64,000 bases of DNA from NCBI GenBank assembly GCA_965153355.1, contig OZ231126.1, forward strand, positions 30,194,001 to 30,258,000. The letters are read 5' to 3'. Position 1 is the stretch's first letter. Each line of letters starts with the position of its first letter. Positions 1 through 13,305 of this stretch are shown piece by piece. A program made the translations under genes and the position numbers. The notes under the pieces are model-generated. The model did not search any database and had not been told where the DNA came from. It saw nothing but the letters and a program-made list of their open reading frames with translations. Source of the stretch: Flaccisagitta enflata (Eukaryota).

Positions 1-1219
1 CAAGGACATGGATACCGTTGGACTAATTTGGTCTCTTTAGGGGGTCTAATTCTCTAATCTTCTTCTCTGAATAGATTATGTCAACAGCGATAGCATGAAC
101 TTTCTTCAGTTTTTGTCCAGGGCGTGTGAGGCAAGCGCTATCTTGAGCCAATCCTGTACATTGGCTCATGCAGTGATACGCTTTTTTTAACATTTGTAAT
201 TCGTCTAATAAAATTACGTTTTGCATTCATATTTGTTTGATTTACTGAGATTTTTGCTCAAGACCACATGAGAGATCAAGAGCATATGAAATAAGGCTTT
301 CGCTGTTTAATTTGGCCTTGAGCAGAAACCTCATTTGCATACAGTTGTAACTTCAATGTTCATCATCAATTAGCTAGCGAAGGTGAAAACGCACAGGACG
401 GCCAGTTCTTAGGGACCAAAACTGAATCATAATATCCCACTTTAAGAAATGAAGAAAACAGGCTGATTGTTTGCAGAAGTAAAAGGAAAAAAATGTTTTG
501 TTGGGCATTAAATCATCGAATTCCGTAGAAAGTTATGGGAAAACGTGTTCGGAAGACGGTACGGGAAAAAATGTCAGGGCAATGTTTTGATTTGAAATTG
601 GGAAATGAGATTCAGTTTCGGCAGATGCTATATGCAATAGGTTTGGGTACTTCACCCAACATAAGTTGGGAGTATCCCTTTGCACTTGCATTATGTAGAA
701 GAACACAAATCATAAAGATGTCATGTAAAGAGAATTGGCGCATATTTCTTTCATGACTTAATCGTTCCAACTACTCAATCCTTAATTCATTACAAGGCTC
801 CACGTCACCACTCCCGTTGCTGCAGCATCGGCCTCTGAAACGAAACCCGAATCTGCAGATTGGGGATTTAAAAAAACTGCCCTGCGTGAGTTATGTACAG
901 ATTAAACCGCCTCGAGACTCTCAAAATAAGCGTATGAAAAAATCGAACTGAATTCTCCGCCGTATATCGACAGTGTCGAATGGAAGAAGGTAAAAAGAAA
1001 CTGAACTGGAACCACTGTCATAATACGTATGTACTTGTACATGTAACAAGCTAGTCTACAATTACTCGAGGAAAAGGAATTGTATCTCAAAGATGGTGCC
1101 AACGATTGAATTGAATGCCTCATAACAAAAGAACTAAAGGATGAAATGGCCACGCCCCAGGCGGCGTGTTTAAGCTATGCTACAAAGCAGTGGCGAAGAA
1201 CCCAAAGAGTAAGTGTTGC

Positions 1220-1308
<89 letters not shown>

Positions 1309-1984
1309 GAACCGTGCATTGTGCAACAGCACAGAGTATTGTTGAGGCGATCATGGAGTTGAGATATTGAAATTGAAAGCTGAGAAATGTCTAGTTGGAC
1401 AGTATGATAGATGAATTGTAGTTTATACGAAGCTAGCAATTAAAGAAAATACATAAACTCACCCCGCCGCCCCCCCCCCCCCATCACAGATATTGCAAAT
1501 GTCATTCGAGTTGTACTCGCATTTGGGCTGGCCGCAACGTCTCCAGGGTCAAATGTTACCGGAAGTTAGGCGCCAGTCGCGAATCCGCAGCCGACGATGC
1601 TGATCCGGATCAACATATATCATCGAAACGCTAGAGCGTAGGGCCCCGAACCTAGAAAAAAAAAAAGAGAAAATGAAAAAGTATGTTTTTGCGGTCATTG
1701 GCCTCACTGCCTAAATGCTCTAGTGACCTCAAAAACTGCCCCTGACCATCCGCATGCGACTGGGGTAGCTGTGTATCTGACCTTTCTATCCAAGAAACTG
1801 TTTCAATCAGTGAAGAGCAGATACTACGACGTTTGCAAAAATCGTATACATAAGTCATAACACGTCTCAAAAATATAGGCAGGGGAAGGTAAAGAAGAAA
1901 GGGGCCCTCCGTGCCACAGGCCAAGCACAGGGGCCCGCGCCATGTTGACCCGGTTCAGCCACAATGGTGTTGCTGCTCTTGCAG

Positions 1985-3120
1985 CCGACGCTCTCTTGCT
2001 GCCGCTGGTGTCGATATAAAAACTTGCGCCGCTGCTCCATACTCAAACGCCGAAAGCGAGGAAGGAGTGACTTTGAGTACTACGTTGTGGGTTGTCATCG
2101 CGATCTGCATCATAGTGGTCTTCGCCGGCGTTCTCGGACGCGTTACTTTCGTTCTTCGGGTACAGTAAATGTCATCATGACTTGGAAATTTGGTAAGCTC
2201 ATATTTGAAAAATTGGTTATGGAAATATTGTGTACGCACCAGGTTTGCTTCCTGTAGTATGAAGGGTTGACAATGGGGTGAAGTACATATTTGGATCAAA
2301 GTCACCTTCAAATTAGGTAAAACAATCTTCCTCCTTAGTACCATGTTTATGTTTGATTCACTTTTCAAATAGATCACCAAGGACCGACGGATGGACCGAC
2401 GGACGGACCAACGGACCAACGCATGGACGGACTACCGGACGGACCAATGGATGGACTGGCGGAAGGACAAAGCCTCTTATAGAGTTGCGTGTCCGCAATT
2501 GAAAAAGCTACAAACCCTGGGACTTAACATTAAATATGACTTCACATTAAATATTCAAATAAGTCTAGGGGATGCCATCGTCAACCCTTCAGCGCTTTTA
2601 GCATCACACAGGTAAAATATTACACATTGATCCCCTCGCTCATCAGTATTCAGTTTATGAGTTTCCCCAAGTTTTCAAGTCTTGACGACATCAACAATTT
2701 GTTTGAAATTGGATGGTGGTGACAGGGGAAAGGGGGGGGGGGCACAGAATGACTTGTATCATCAACGTCGACCTAACCCATCCTTACGCGCCTAAGCCTA
2801 CCTTGATAGTCGATATTGCTCTTTCGTCTTTTCCTCAGCGCAGACGCCGCCATCGTCAAGCGCTCGCCGCCGCCAATGCAGATGCCACCAAAGCCGCCGC
2901 GAGAAAGGCGGAGAGAGAACAAACAAAAGAAGGAGAAAAGGACAACGTAAACCACAACGAAATCTCTTTTTCAACCTCCAAATCGGAAGACTCCAGTCAG
3001 GAGAGTGGGACTGGATCTGGAACGAGTACGAGCGAAGACGTTACATTCTCGGAAACTACGAACACAAATTCAGACTCGTATTCAAACGACTCGGGGATGC
3101 AGAGCGTAGAAGTAACGTGA
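1985..3120 (+). CDS. Last two exons (1985-2159, 2839-3120) of an unidentified single-pass type I membrane protein
   Basis: Acceptor ttgcag precedes 1985. The exon encodes a hydrophobic helix (LWVVIAICIIVVFAGVLGRVTFVL). Donor gt at 2160 joins in phase 0 to acceptor tcctcag|2839, giving a basic stop-transfer run RRRRRHR and a Ser/Thr/acidic tail ending in TGA at 3120. Upstream exons are not resolved. Confidence 0.6.
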
Positions 3121-3327
3121 AGTATTGGATGGAAACAATGTTGGTCAATTGTTTAGAACCGTGTCAAATAGAATAGGAACAAACAATTTCAACAAAACGT
3201 GATCCATAACTAACGTATATGACGGCGAGCATCCGACGGCATGATTTAGTGTGTCAACAGGGGTTAAAATAGAAAATTTTATGAGAATAAGAATAAAGAA
3301 TAACATGAAAAAAATCATTGGAGTATA

Positions 3328-3463
3328 TAGGGATGTGGAAGCGGTCGATTTTAGTACCGCTTCCACCGCTTCCGCTTCCGCTTCCGCTTCCATTTTGTAG
3401 TATAAATACTAGTAGCTATCCCATCCTCCAAAATGGAAGCGGTCAATCGCTTCCACATCCCTA
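3328..3463. mobile_element. hAT-type MITE (136 bp)
   Basis: TIRs TAGGGATGTGGAAGCG / CGCTTCCACATCCCTA with a perfect 8-bp TSD GGAGTATA (3320-3327 and 3464-3471). Confidence 0.8.
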
Positions 3464-4031
3464 GGAGTATATCTAAATGGATATTCTATTATAAAATTTG
3501 CATTCAAAAAGGAGAAAACAGCAAGTAGAGCTATCAATAACTAAATGTATTCACCAGAAAATATTCAAATTTCATTTTTTGTTCACTGATAGGAGGCTTG
3601 TTAAAATTATAACTTTGCATAGAAAACAAAAAAACACAAGAATGAAGAACATAGCCCCCTTCCAAAATTGATTATAAAGGGGGCTATGTTTTTGAAAATG
3701 CAAAATTTCTTTGCATTTGAGTCTTATAATTTTAACAGCAGTAAAAAGATAAAAAATGTAAGCAAAATTTCACTAAGAACCTTTATTTTCTTTGCTTTTC
3801 TTATGTGAATTGCCAATTTCAAGGTTCTTTTGAGGTCAGCATATAACAAAGACATACACACAGATTATTTCTGGAAATAATTTGTTTTATGAAAGTATTT
3901 TTAGCATCACTATTATTCAACTATAGTTTAAAAAATAGGGTGAAACACTATGTGTTGCCATCAATTGCTTTCCGTCATATGTGTATTTAGGAAATCCAAA
4001 TCGTGCAAAAAAATTCCACTTGACGTACATA

Positions 4032-5363
4032 TTTGGTATAGTGAGGGATATTGTTCCACTTATCATACTACTCAGTACCTTGGATCAGAATGTCCGGCGG
4101 TCGCATTAAGCTTGACCTCGATTCTATCCTTAAAGGGTATGGTTTCTTGACAATGTTGCCCTTGGGTGATTTGTTGAATTTTGGTAAAACAGGTAACAAT
4201 CATTTGCCCTTAGCTTTTTCGGTGAGCATTAGTGTTTTGGGTTAGACTTAGAATCAATGTTTGCTAAGTTGGTTTTGCTAAATGGAAAACTAGGAGTGAT
4301 GCGCGTAGTAACTAGTCAGTGAGGGCTCACAAGGCCCTCTTCCATATTTTTCAGTTTTGGTATAGTGAGGGATATTGTTCCACTTATCATACTACTCAGT
4401 ACCTTGGATCAGAATGTCCGGCGGTCGCATTAAGCTTGACCTCGATTCTATCCTTAAAGGGTATGGTTTCTTAACAATGTTGCCCTTGGGTGATTTGTTG
4501 AATTTTGGTAAAACAGGTAACAATCATTTGCCCTTAGCTTTTTCGGTGAGCATTAGTGTTTTGGGTTAGACTTAGAATCAATGTTTGCTAAGTTGGTTTT
4601 GCTAAATGGAAAACTAGGAGTGATGCGCGTAGTAACTAGTCAGTGAGGGCTCACAAGGCCCTCTTCCATATTTTTCAGTTTTGGTATAGTGAGGGATATT
4701 GTTCCACTTATCATACTACTCAGTACCTTGGATCAGAATGTCCGGCGGTCGCATTAAGCTTGACCTCGATTCTATCCTTAAAGGGTATGGTTTCTTAACA
4801 ATGTTGCCCTTGGGTGATTTGTTGAATTTTGGTAAAACAGGTAACAATCATTTGCCCTTAGCTTTTTCGGTGAGCATTAGTATTTTGGGTTAGACTTAGA
4901 ATCAATGTTTGCTAAGTTGGTTTTGCTAAATGGAAAACTAGGAGTGATGCGCGTAGTAACTAGTCAGTGAGGGCTCACAAGGCCCTCTTCCATATTTTTC
5001 AGTTTTGGTATAGTGAGGGATATTGTTCCACTTATCATACTACTCAGTACCTTGGATCAGAATGTCCGGCGGTCGCATTAAGCTTGACCTCGATTCTATC
5101 CTTAAAGGGTATGGTTTCTTAACAATGTTGCCCTTGGGTGATTTGTTGAATTTTGGTAAAACAGGTAACAATCATTTGCCCTTAGCTTTTTCGGTGAGCA
5201 TTAGTGTTTTGGGTTAGACTTAGAATCAATGTTTGCTAAGTTGGTTTTGCTAAATGGAAAACTAGGAGTGATGCGCGTAGTAACTAGTCAGTGAGGGCTC
5301 ACAAGGCCCTCTTCCATATTTTTCATTTTTGGTATAGTGAGGGATATTGTTCCACTTATCATA
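4032..5363. repeat. Tandem array of a 324-bp unit (about 4.1 copies, near-identical)
   Basis: Units start near 4032, 4356, 4680, 5004 and 5328. The 324-bp period is also seen in the repeated 64-aa ORFs at 4051, 4375, 4699 and 5023. Copies differ by only 1-2 substitutions. Confidence 0.95.
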
Positions 5364-5623
5364 TAGATGTATCATACAGTAGTGTAGATTTAAGTCATTT
5401 AACGGAACCATGCGTCATGGAAATTGGCTTATATTATAACAGATAAAAAATCTCAGTCCCTCTAGCTTATCCTTTTATTACTAATGAGAGCAATAATGGT
5501 ATCTGCGAGTAACACATAGAATTTGGTGGTCCCTCTAGATCCGTTATCATCGGTTTCAACCAGGGTCGTATGGCAAGGGGCCGCCAGGGCCGCCATGGCG
5601 GCACCTTGTCGGGACACACACCC

Positions 5624-5913
<290 letters not shown>

Positions 5914-7577
5914 AAGCGGAAGAGGAGAGGGAGAGAAAGAGGGATTGTTTTGAACTCGATACAAAGGGGATTAGTAGAATTGACTGCCACCACGGCACTG
6001 TGCCATTCACAAATACGGGCTCTCATAGTTTAGGTGACATTACTCAAACTGATCAATCTGTGTGTTTCTACATTTCTGAACCTTTTTTTGTTGTACCTAT
6101 TTACTTCTTCATGTGAGACTGGTATCATCTGAATCTTTTCTTCTAAAGATGTCTGCTGGACAACGTCGTTAAGCACAATGTTCAAACTGTGATGACATTT
6201 TTGATAATGATTACGCTTCCCGTCATATGACAAAACATCACCCTACATTGGCAAAACCACCCATCACATTAATGATAGAGAGCTCACAACCAAGTGTGTC
6301 ATTTTTAAAAAAATCGTCTACTGTTCTTACATTCAAAACAAGGCTTTCTTTTACTGATATGCACTGAAAATACTGTTCTCTATACATATGCATCCCCCAT
6401 TTTGAATAACGTTTGAGAGCTGAGATATATTTCACTGTTACCACAAATTTATTTTTAAACTGAAGTTGTTCAATGCCAAAATGGTATTTTTTTGTGAACT
6501 TTTTTTTCTCAAAAAAGAGGTGAGACGCGCTCACACGCGACTCTAATGCTTTGGTGTTGTGAAAGAATGACACGGCGGACCTTTTTGTCATCTTTTTCCA
6601 TGAAAAGGACGATGTCCCTGCCATCAGCAGACCATGACAAATGACAAAAATGACTGAAGGGACAGGATTAACTAGTAGTAGAAGCAGAAAAGGCGTGAAA
6701 TGTCATGATTAGGAATGACTTTGATTTAGCAAAGACTTGACATGATAGGAAAAGTGGTGCACTCTCTCGCTCTCGCTCTCTGGCCCTCTCTCTTGCTCTC
6801 TGGCCTTCTCTCTTGCTCTCTGGCCCTCTCTCGATCTTGCTCTCGCTTTCTCGCTTTTGCTCTCGCTCTCTTGCTTTCGCTCTTGCTCTCTCGTTTTAGC
6901 TCTCTTGCTCTCACACTCTCTCGCTCTCACGCTCTCTTGCTCTCTCGCTCTCACGCTTTCTCGCTCTCACGCTCTCTTGCTTTTTTGCTGTCTCGCTCTC
7001 GCTCTTGAGCTCTCGCTCTTGAGCTCTCTCTTTCTCTCTCTGTCTCTCTGTCATACTTCACAAGAGATCATTTTCGCAATGAAGGAATAAAGACTTATCC
7101 ATGGAACAGTGGGAAAAAATATCGATTGACACCAGTGGAAGAAATGACATATTTCATGATACTGGCCTTGTAGCTTTTTCGACATTAAAAGAACTACAAT
7201 GCAACCCTCATGATCATTTTAGAAAATAACAGATTGTAGTTGGTGTCATTGCTGATAAGAAAGAAAAAAAGTTTCATTTGGTTTACGCATGTTTACGCGA
7301 TCTCTTAGTTTGTTGAGAAAAATAATCAAGCTCCTTTAAGAAAATCTGAAGACAGTACGCGCAAAATTGCCAGTAAGCGAATTGTTTCTATTATTCACCG
7401 GTCTTAGCAACGATTTAGATGCAGCGGCATTTTAATTGACCCATGAGAGACAAAAGATCACTAGTAAGTTAGTTGGGACACTGAGAAGTTGTCGTGACAC
7501 AAATTGGGGGTGGACCCCCCAAATTCATAGCCTCCCATACGGCGCTGGTTTCAACTGTATGCGAACCGCGCGCGCAC

Positions 7578-7677
<100 letters not shown>

Positions 7678-8638
7678 CACTGTGGGCTGCATTGTGCGTT
7701 AGGTGGCTCATTGGGGATTAACATAACATCTTTTCCATTACATTGTTCCTTATAAAATATACAGAGTGAAAAACATTTTTCTGCATATTTTCAGATGTTA
7801 TGAAACTATTTATATCCAATATTGACTCATTTCTATTGGATTAAGAGCTTTATGAGCTTTGAGTACAAAAGAAGAGAAATGTGAGAATATAAAGTGAAGA
7901 ATACTGCTTAACTCTCGTATATCCAGTATTTAAATTGTCTAATGTTTTGACCAAATCAATTAAATTTTTGTCTTTGTACAATAAGATTCCTTAATAAGGT
8001 GCTCAAAAAAAAATCATTTTTTTGCTCATTTAGCTCATTTTGCTCATTTTTCTTCCACTCAAATATAGATTTTTACTTTTATCCACTTTATTTCTTGTCC
8101 ATTTTAGGCCAAGAAAATCGCAATTTGGACGTTGAAGGCCCGCTTGAGCCATAGCATTCTGGATTCAGGACCCCTTTAACTGCATTTTGGCATAGGTGGC
8201 TCATTGTGCGTCCTTGTGCGATTTTTTATATTTATAGGGTAATAAAAGCACGCAAATTAGGTCAAATATGTAGTAATAGTAGACTTATTTAATAGTGCTA
8301 AAAATGTAAAAAATAATGATTTTTTAAATTTTTCCAGACATTTTAACATTAATGAAGGAATCCAATCCATATTTGAAGATATCATGAGCTTTTTATAATC
8401 TTAACTGATAATCCAAAAAAATCATTGATTTTTCTTGAAATATAGCATTTTTCGTAGAAATGTCAATTTAGGTCGCCTTTTTTTCACTCTAAATTGCCAT
8501 AAAACCTGTCATATGGACCGGTAATGTATGCTCAAATGCTACCATGACCATTCCACTTAGTTTGAGCCATATAGCAGAGATGAAAATTTTCACCCAAATA
8601 CCCAAGGAGCCATCTAGCGCAATCCGTGGCCCTTAGTG
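7678..8638. mobile_element. Non-autonomous Transib-like DNA transposon, copy 1 (about 960 bp)
   Basis: Ends CACTGTGGG ... CCCTTAGTG with a 5-bp TSD CAGAG (7673-7677 and 8639-8643). A full-length inverted second copy lies at 18364-19342. Confidence 0.75.
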
Positions 8639-9273
8639 CAGAGGCACGCAATTTGTGTCCTTTTGTTCTTTTGATTTGGCGTATCTGTTTGTGTCGCGCT
8701 CTCTCGTGTATTTAAAGAAGTTATGGAAGCGGATTTTCCCTCCTTATGCTAGTTCAGGTCCAAATACAGCATCGTTATCTTTTGTCTCGGCCGTTTTTCT
8801 GCCACCTCCGCCGGTTCCATCACGCTTCCGGCGCCTTCCCTCTGCGTGTTCATCGTCGCCGTCCCATTCAATTGGAAAAAAAATTGCGTTTTCCTTGGTA
8901 CATCATCCCCTAAGTTTTCCACGACGTGAAGCGGAGGATATTGAAAAAAAATATCTCATTGGCCATCATCTCCAAAACAAAATCATTGGGGGGGAAAACG
9001 ATTTTTTTATGATTGATTACAAATTGACAATACGTCACCTGACAGTGTCATTAACGATAAACAAGTCTTTGGAAGGTGAATGTCTGTGCACACTTTTGTT
9101 TGATTTTCAGGGAAACGGCCGTTCTTTGGGGACGTTCAGGCTAAAATAAGGGTCAACCTCGTCACTAGCACGTTCGGATAGCTCCTCTTATCCCAATCAG
9201 ATATAGCAGTTGAAACAAAAGCTTCTATCAACCGTGCCACCAACGACGCGACAATCCCGCCCTCTTCTCCGCG

Positions 9274-12200
9274 ATGGATGCGACGGACGAATCCAACGCC
9301 ATCAAGCGTCATTACGTCGACTTTTTCGACGACGACAATGATCAAGGAACGTATCAGCAGAAGATCAAAGATTTGATCACCAACGGCGACGTCCGCCTCC
9401 TTGTCAACTTGAACGATTTGCGACGGTTCGACGCCGCGCAAAAAACGACGCGTGTCAAATCGCTACTCGATGACTGTCAGGTGGAGTGACGAATTCATTG
9501 TTGATTTCCTTCAAGACTCGTGCATTATTATTTGTTGTTGCCCTGGAATGAGTCTCCGCGAGAAGGCTAATAGAATTGATATGATCTTTCATCCTGCATC
9601 TGATATTTTGTCTTTATCCACCAGGTAATTGAAGCTGCAGGGGGTTAACTTCGTGTTTCTCTTTTGTCCGTAGCTCTCTACATTGATTAACGTTTTCTGC
9701 AAGCTAGCCCCTTCTCTTCATTTCTTTCTATCAGGCTGACCTGGTGCAATGTCAACGGGCGTTGAAGGAAGTCGTGGCTGCGGCCGACGCCATCTACGCC
9801 AAAGATCGGACTTTCTACGTGGGCTTCGAAGGGTCTTTCGGAGGGAAGCACGTGACACCGCGCAGTTTGACGTCGCGATACATCGGCAACATGGTCTGCG
9901 TCGAAGGCATCGTCACCAAGGCTTCGCTCATCAACCCGAAAGTCGTTAAGTCCGTCCATTATTGTCCGGCGACGAAAAAATACACCGAACGTAAATACAC
10001 GGACTTGACTTCGTTGGAGGCGTTTCCGACGTCGGCCGCGTATCCGACCAAAGACGAGGACAACAACCCTCTCGTCACGGAGTACGGACTGTCCGTCTAC
10101 ATGGATCATCAGACGTTCTCCATTCAAGAGATGCCGGAAAAGGCGCCCGCCGGACAACTGCCGCGATCCGTGGATATCATTGTGGACGACGATTTGGTGA
10201 ATAAATGCAAACCCGGCGACAGGGTGCAAGTCATCGGCATGTATCGCTGTTTGCCGGGCAAGAAGAACGGATACACCTCCGGGTAGGAACATACTGCGGA
10301 GCCATTTTTCTATCTTTCTGTTGTTGTTTCTTCGCTCATTTCTGCTCGTCTATTTTGTCGCTTTTAACTGTTTACAGTCTACACGTCAGTATCTCCCTAT
10401 TCTCTCTGGGTCTCTATCCCTCTCTCGGTCTCTCTTTTTCTGAATCCATTTCAAATTTGAATTCCTGTGTCCGTCTGCCGGTTTCTCTTGGTCTAGGTCT
10501 GTTTCTTTGTCTCTGTGTCATTTTCTTTCCTGTCTCGGCCTGTTTTTCTGTCTCTGTGTCAATTTCTCTGTCTCTTTCTTTCTTTCTTTCTTTCTTTTAA
10601 TCTTTCTTTCTTTCTCTCTTTCAAGTTCAAGTTCAAGTCAACCGGAGAAGGAAAGCCAGTGGCTTGTGGTCCCGGTGCAGTCAGTCATTCATCTGCATTC
10701 TTGCATAAACGTAACAACATAAAACCGTGTATCCAGACTTTTGGTATGCTCTACCAATAACAAGGTGAAAAAAGGTGAAAAAAGACTCACCATACATTCG
10801 CTTGGTATAACTTCTACCAAAGACATAAGAGAACTTACTATTTCCATCTTGAGAGGTTCCATTCAACTCTTTTACCATGTCAGTTGGCCTTGAGGATCCT
10901 CTCATCAAGGCGATTCTTGAAGGAATCAAGTGACTTAGCCGCTTTCACATCTGCCGGAAGTAGATTCCACTTTTGAATGACCCTGTATGAAAAGAAGGTC
11001 TGCCGTTGCTTGCGGCCATTTGCCGCCATTTCTTTAACCAACCTTGGTCCACCTCTTGCGTCCCGGACCTCCCAGAATACCTCTGGGTTAATTCTCGTGA
11101 GTCCTTTGAGCATCTTGAAGACTTCAATTAGGTCACCTCTTTCTCGTCTTTGTTCAAGAGTCATTAACCCAAGATTCTTCCTTCTTTCTTCGAAGTTCAG
11201 CCTCTTAAGCCCCCAAACCATGGCAGTTGCTTTTGATTGAACAGCTTCAAGTAACTTTGATTCCGCCGATGACCCAGGTGGACATGCTGTCATCCCATAA
11301 TCGAGGTGAGGACGAATTCTTTGATTGTACAGCACACAGAAAGCTCTTTTATCAATGTAGGTGAAATTCCGTCGGATGCGCGCTATTTCAGCCAGGGCCT
11401 TGCTTCTTGCTTTGCTGACATGCGTGGAGGTGCAGAGGTCGTCCGAGATCCAGAAGCCAATATCCTTTTCCACAGATACTGTTTCAATCATCGATCCATT
11501 CATTGTGTATGTTAGACATGGGTTGTCTTTTCCAACATGCATAACCTTTGACTTTTTTGGATCAATTTCCATCTTCCAATCTTCCGCCCATTGCGCAATG
11601 CGGTTAATCCTGTTTTGAAGGTCTGTTTGATTGGCCATGTGCAAGCTGGCATCTTTTTGTATCTCTTGATAACTTTTTGTGTCATCTGCCAATAGCATAA
11701 CAAGAGATTGGTCTTCTGGGCTGCATTCCTTTGGGAGATCGTTGATAAACAGGAGAAACAGGAGAAAGCCAAGGACTGTTCCTTGGGTGGTACCGCTGAC
11801 CACCTCAAGCCATTGAGACATCGCATTTCCAACTACGACCCTTTGCTTTCGGTTTTCCAGGTAGTTTCCAAGCCAGCGCAGAAGTTTTCCGTCAATCCCA
11901 TATGCTTGCAGCTTTACTAAGAGCAGCCTATGGGATACCTTGTCAAACGCTTTGGCATAATCAAAGTAAGCCACATCAACACAGTTTCCTCCGTCAACAA
12001 CTTCCGTCCATTTTTCAAGGCAAAGCAGTATGTTTGTTTGGCATGATCTTCCGCGTACAAAGCCATGCTGCTGCTCTGAGATCAGCCGATTGGTATCCAG
12101 GAAGCTCATGATTGCCGAGCAAATAATTCTCTCCATGACTTTACAGACAACCGAGGTCAGCGCTACTGGTTTGAAATTGGCCATGATGGCTTTAGAACCC

Positions 12201-12527
12201 GATTTATGAATCGGGACTATATTGGCTTCCTTCCATAGCAGCGGTACCTCTCCATTGTCCAAAGATTTCCGGAATATCTCACAGAGATAAGGTGACAGTT
12301 CCTTTGCACATTCTTTCAATGTGCGGCTTGCCATGCCATCTGGACCAGCAGCCTTGTTGGGGTCAAGTCCAAGCAGAACTTCTTCCACTACTTCAGCCGA
12401 TATGTACACATCATCAATCTTCTCTGAGGTCTGCTTATCAAAGCTGGGCAGGGGAGTATTACCATCATCTTTTGTGAAAACCGAATGGTAATAAGTGTTT
12501 AGCGCCGATGCTGCTTCTTCTTCCGTT

Positions 12528-12558
<31 letters not shown>

Positions 12559-12729
12559 CTCTTTCTTTCTTTCTTTCTTTCTTTCTCTCTTTCTTTCTCT
12601 TTCTTTTTTTCCTTTCTTTCTTCCTTCTTTTCTCCTCTTTCTTCTCCTCTTCTCCTCTTTCTTCTTTTCTTTCTTCTTTTCTTTCTTTCTTTTTCTTTCT
12701 CTTTCTTTGTCTTTCTTTCTTTTTCTTTG

Positions 12730-12785
<56 letters not shown>

Positions 12786-13092
12786 TCCTTGTTCCTTTCT
12801 TACTGTCTTGTTTGCTTCCTTGATTGTGCTCTCTCTCACTCACTCTCATTTGCTCTCACTTTCTCTCTCTTTCTCCCACTGACTCACGCGCTTTCCTTCC
12901 CCCATCTTCAGTTCCTTCCGCACTGTGCTTTTGGCCAATAACATTCGTAAAATGAGCAAGGAAGCTTCGCCTCTTTTCTCCGCTCAAGACGTTCAGAAGA
13001 TCAAGAAGTTCGCGCGTCAAAAAGGAGACGTTTTTGACACGTTAGCCAAATCTCTCGCGCCCTCCATTCACGGCCACGAGTATATCAAAAAG
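9274..13092 (+). CDS. MCM3: DNA replication licensing factor MCM3, 5' part (exons 9274-9480, 9735-10282, 12912-13092)
   Basis: GT-AG exons join in frame. They encode MCM3-typical motifs [67 protein letters not shown] and [14 protein letters not shown]. The gene stops at a donor just before the AAA+ core. Confidence 0.95.
10620..12525 (-). mobile_element. 5'-truncated non-LTR retrotransposon (CR1/L2 group) in MCM3 intron 2, antisense to the host gene
   Basis: Uninterrupted RT-containing frame running from about 12525 to 10880, a 3' UTR of about 250 bp and a short (TTGAAC)n tail at 10620-10640. Inserted in a (TTTC)n tract. Confidence 0.9.
10880..12409 (-). CDS. LINE ORF2 reverse transcriptase (C-terminal part; endonuclease missing because of 5' truncation)
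   Basis: Motifs [82 protein letters not shown] and [14 protein letters not shown]. The frame stays open upstream ([11 protein letters not shown]) to about 12525. Confidence 0.9.
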   Translation of the reverse strand: MYISAEVVEEVLLGLDPNKAAGPDGMASRTLKECAKELSPYLCEIFRKSLDNGEVPLLWKEANIVPIHKSGSKAIMANFKPVALTSVVCKVMERIICSAIMSFLDTNRLISEQQHGFVRGRSCQTNILLCLEKWTEVVDGGNCVDVAYFDYAKAFDKVSHRLLLVKLQAYGIDGKLLRWLGNYLENRKQRVVVGNAMSQWLEVVSGTTQGTVLGFLLFLLFINDLPKECSPEDQSLVMLLADDTKSYQEIQKDASLHMANQTDLQNRINRIAQWAEDWKMEIDPKKSKVMHVGKDNPCLTYTMNGSMIETVSVEKDIGFWISDDLCTSTHVSKARSKALAEIARIRRNFTYIDKRAFCVLYNQRIRPHLDYGMTACPPGSSAESKLLEAVQSKATAMVWGLKRLNFEERRKNLGLMTLEQRRERGDLIEVFKMLKGLTRINPEVFWEVRDARGGPRLVKEMAANGRKQRQTFFSYRVIQKWNLLPADVKAAKSLDSFKNRLDERILKAN

Positions 13093-13305
13093 GTTTGTGT
13101 GAAGAATGTGAAGCTTGTGATTTTGTTTTTTTTTCCCAACGTCCCCCTCCATGAACCGTCGTGCATTCTAGTGTAAATTAAGGTGTAAAGTATAAGGGCA
13201 ATGTTGTTTCAACTTTCATACAGAAGTACAGAATTAAGGTATATAGGAATGAATATTTTGGATATCCTTGACGTTTTACATGCGCTTTCATAAACCTGGC
13301 ACCCT

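Noticed and set aside
4051-5217. Four copies of a 64-aa ORF as a gene cluster
   Set aside because: They are a by-product of the 324-bp tandem unit, have a non-ATG start and show no recognisable protein features.
9687-10292. 201-aa minus-strand ORF (likewise + strand ORFs at 56525-57052 and 59387-59860)
   Set aside because: They are antisense shadows of MCM3 exons.
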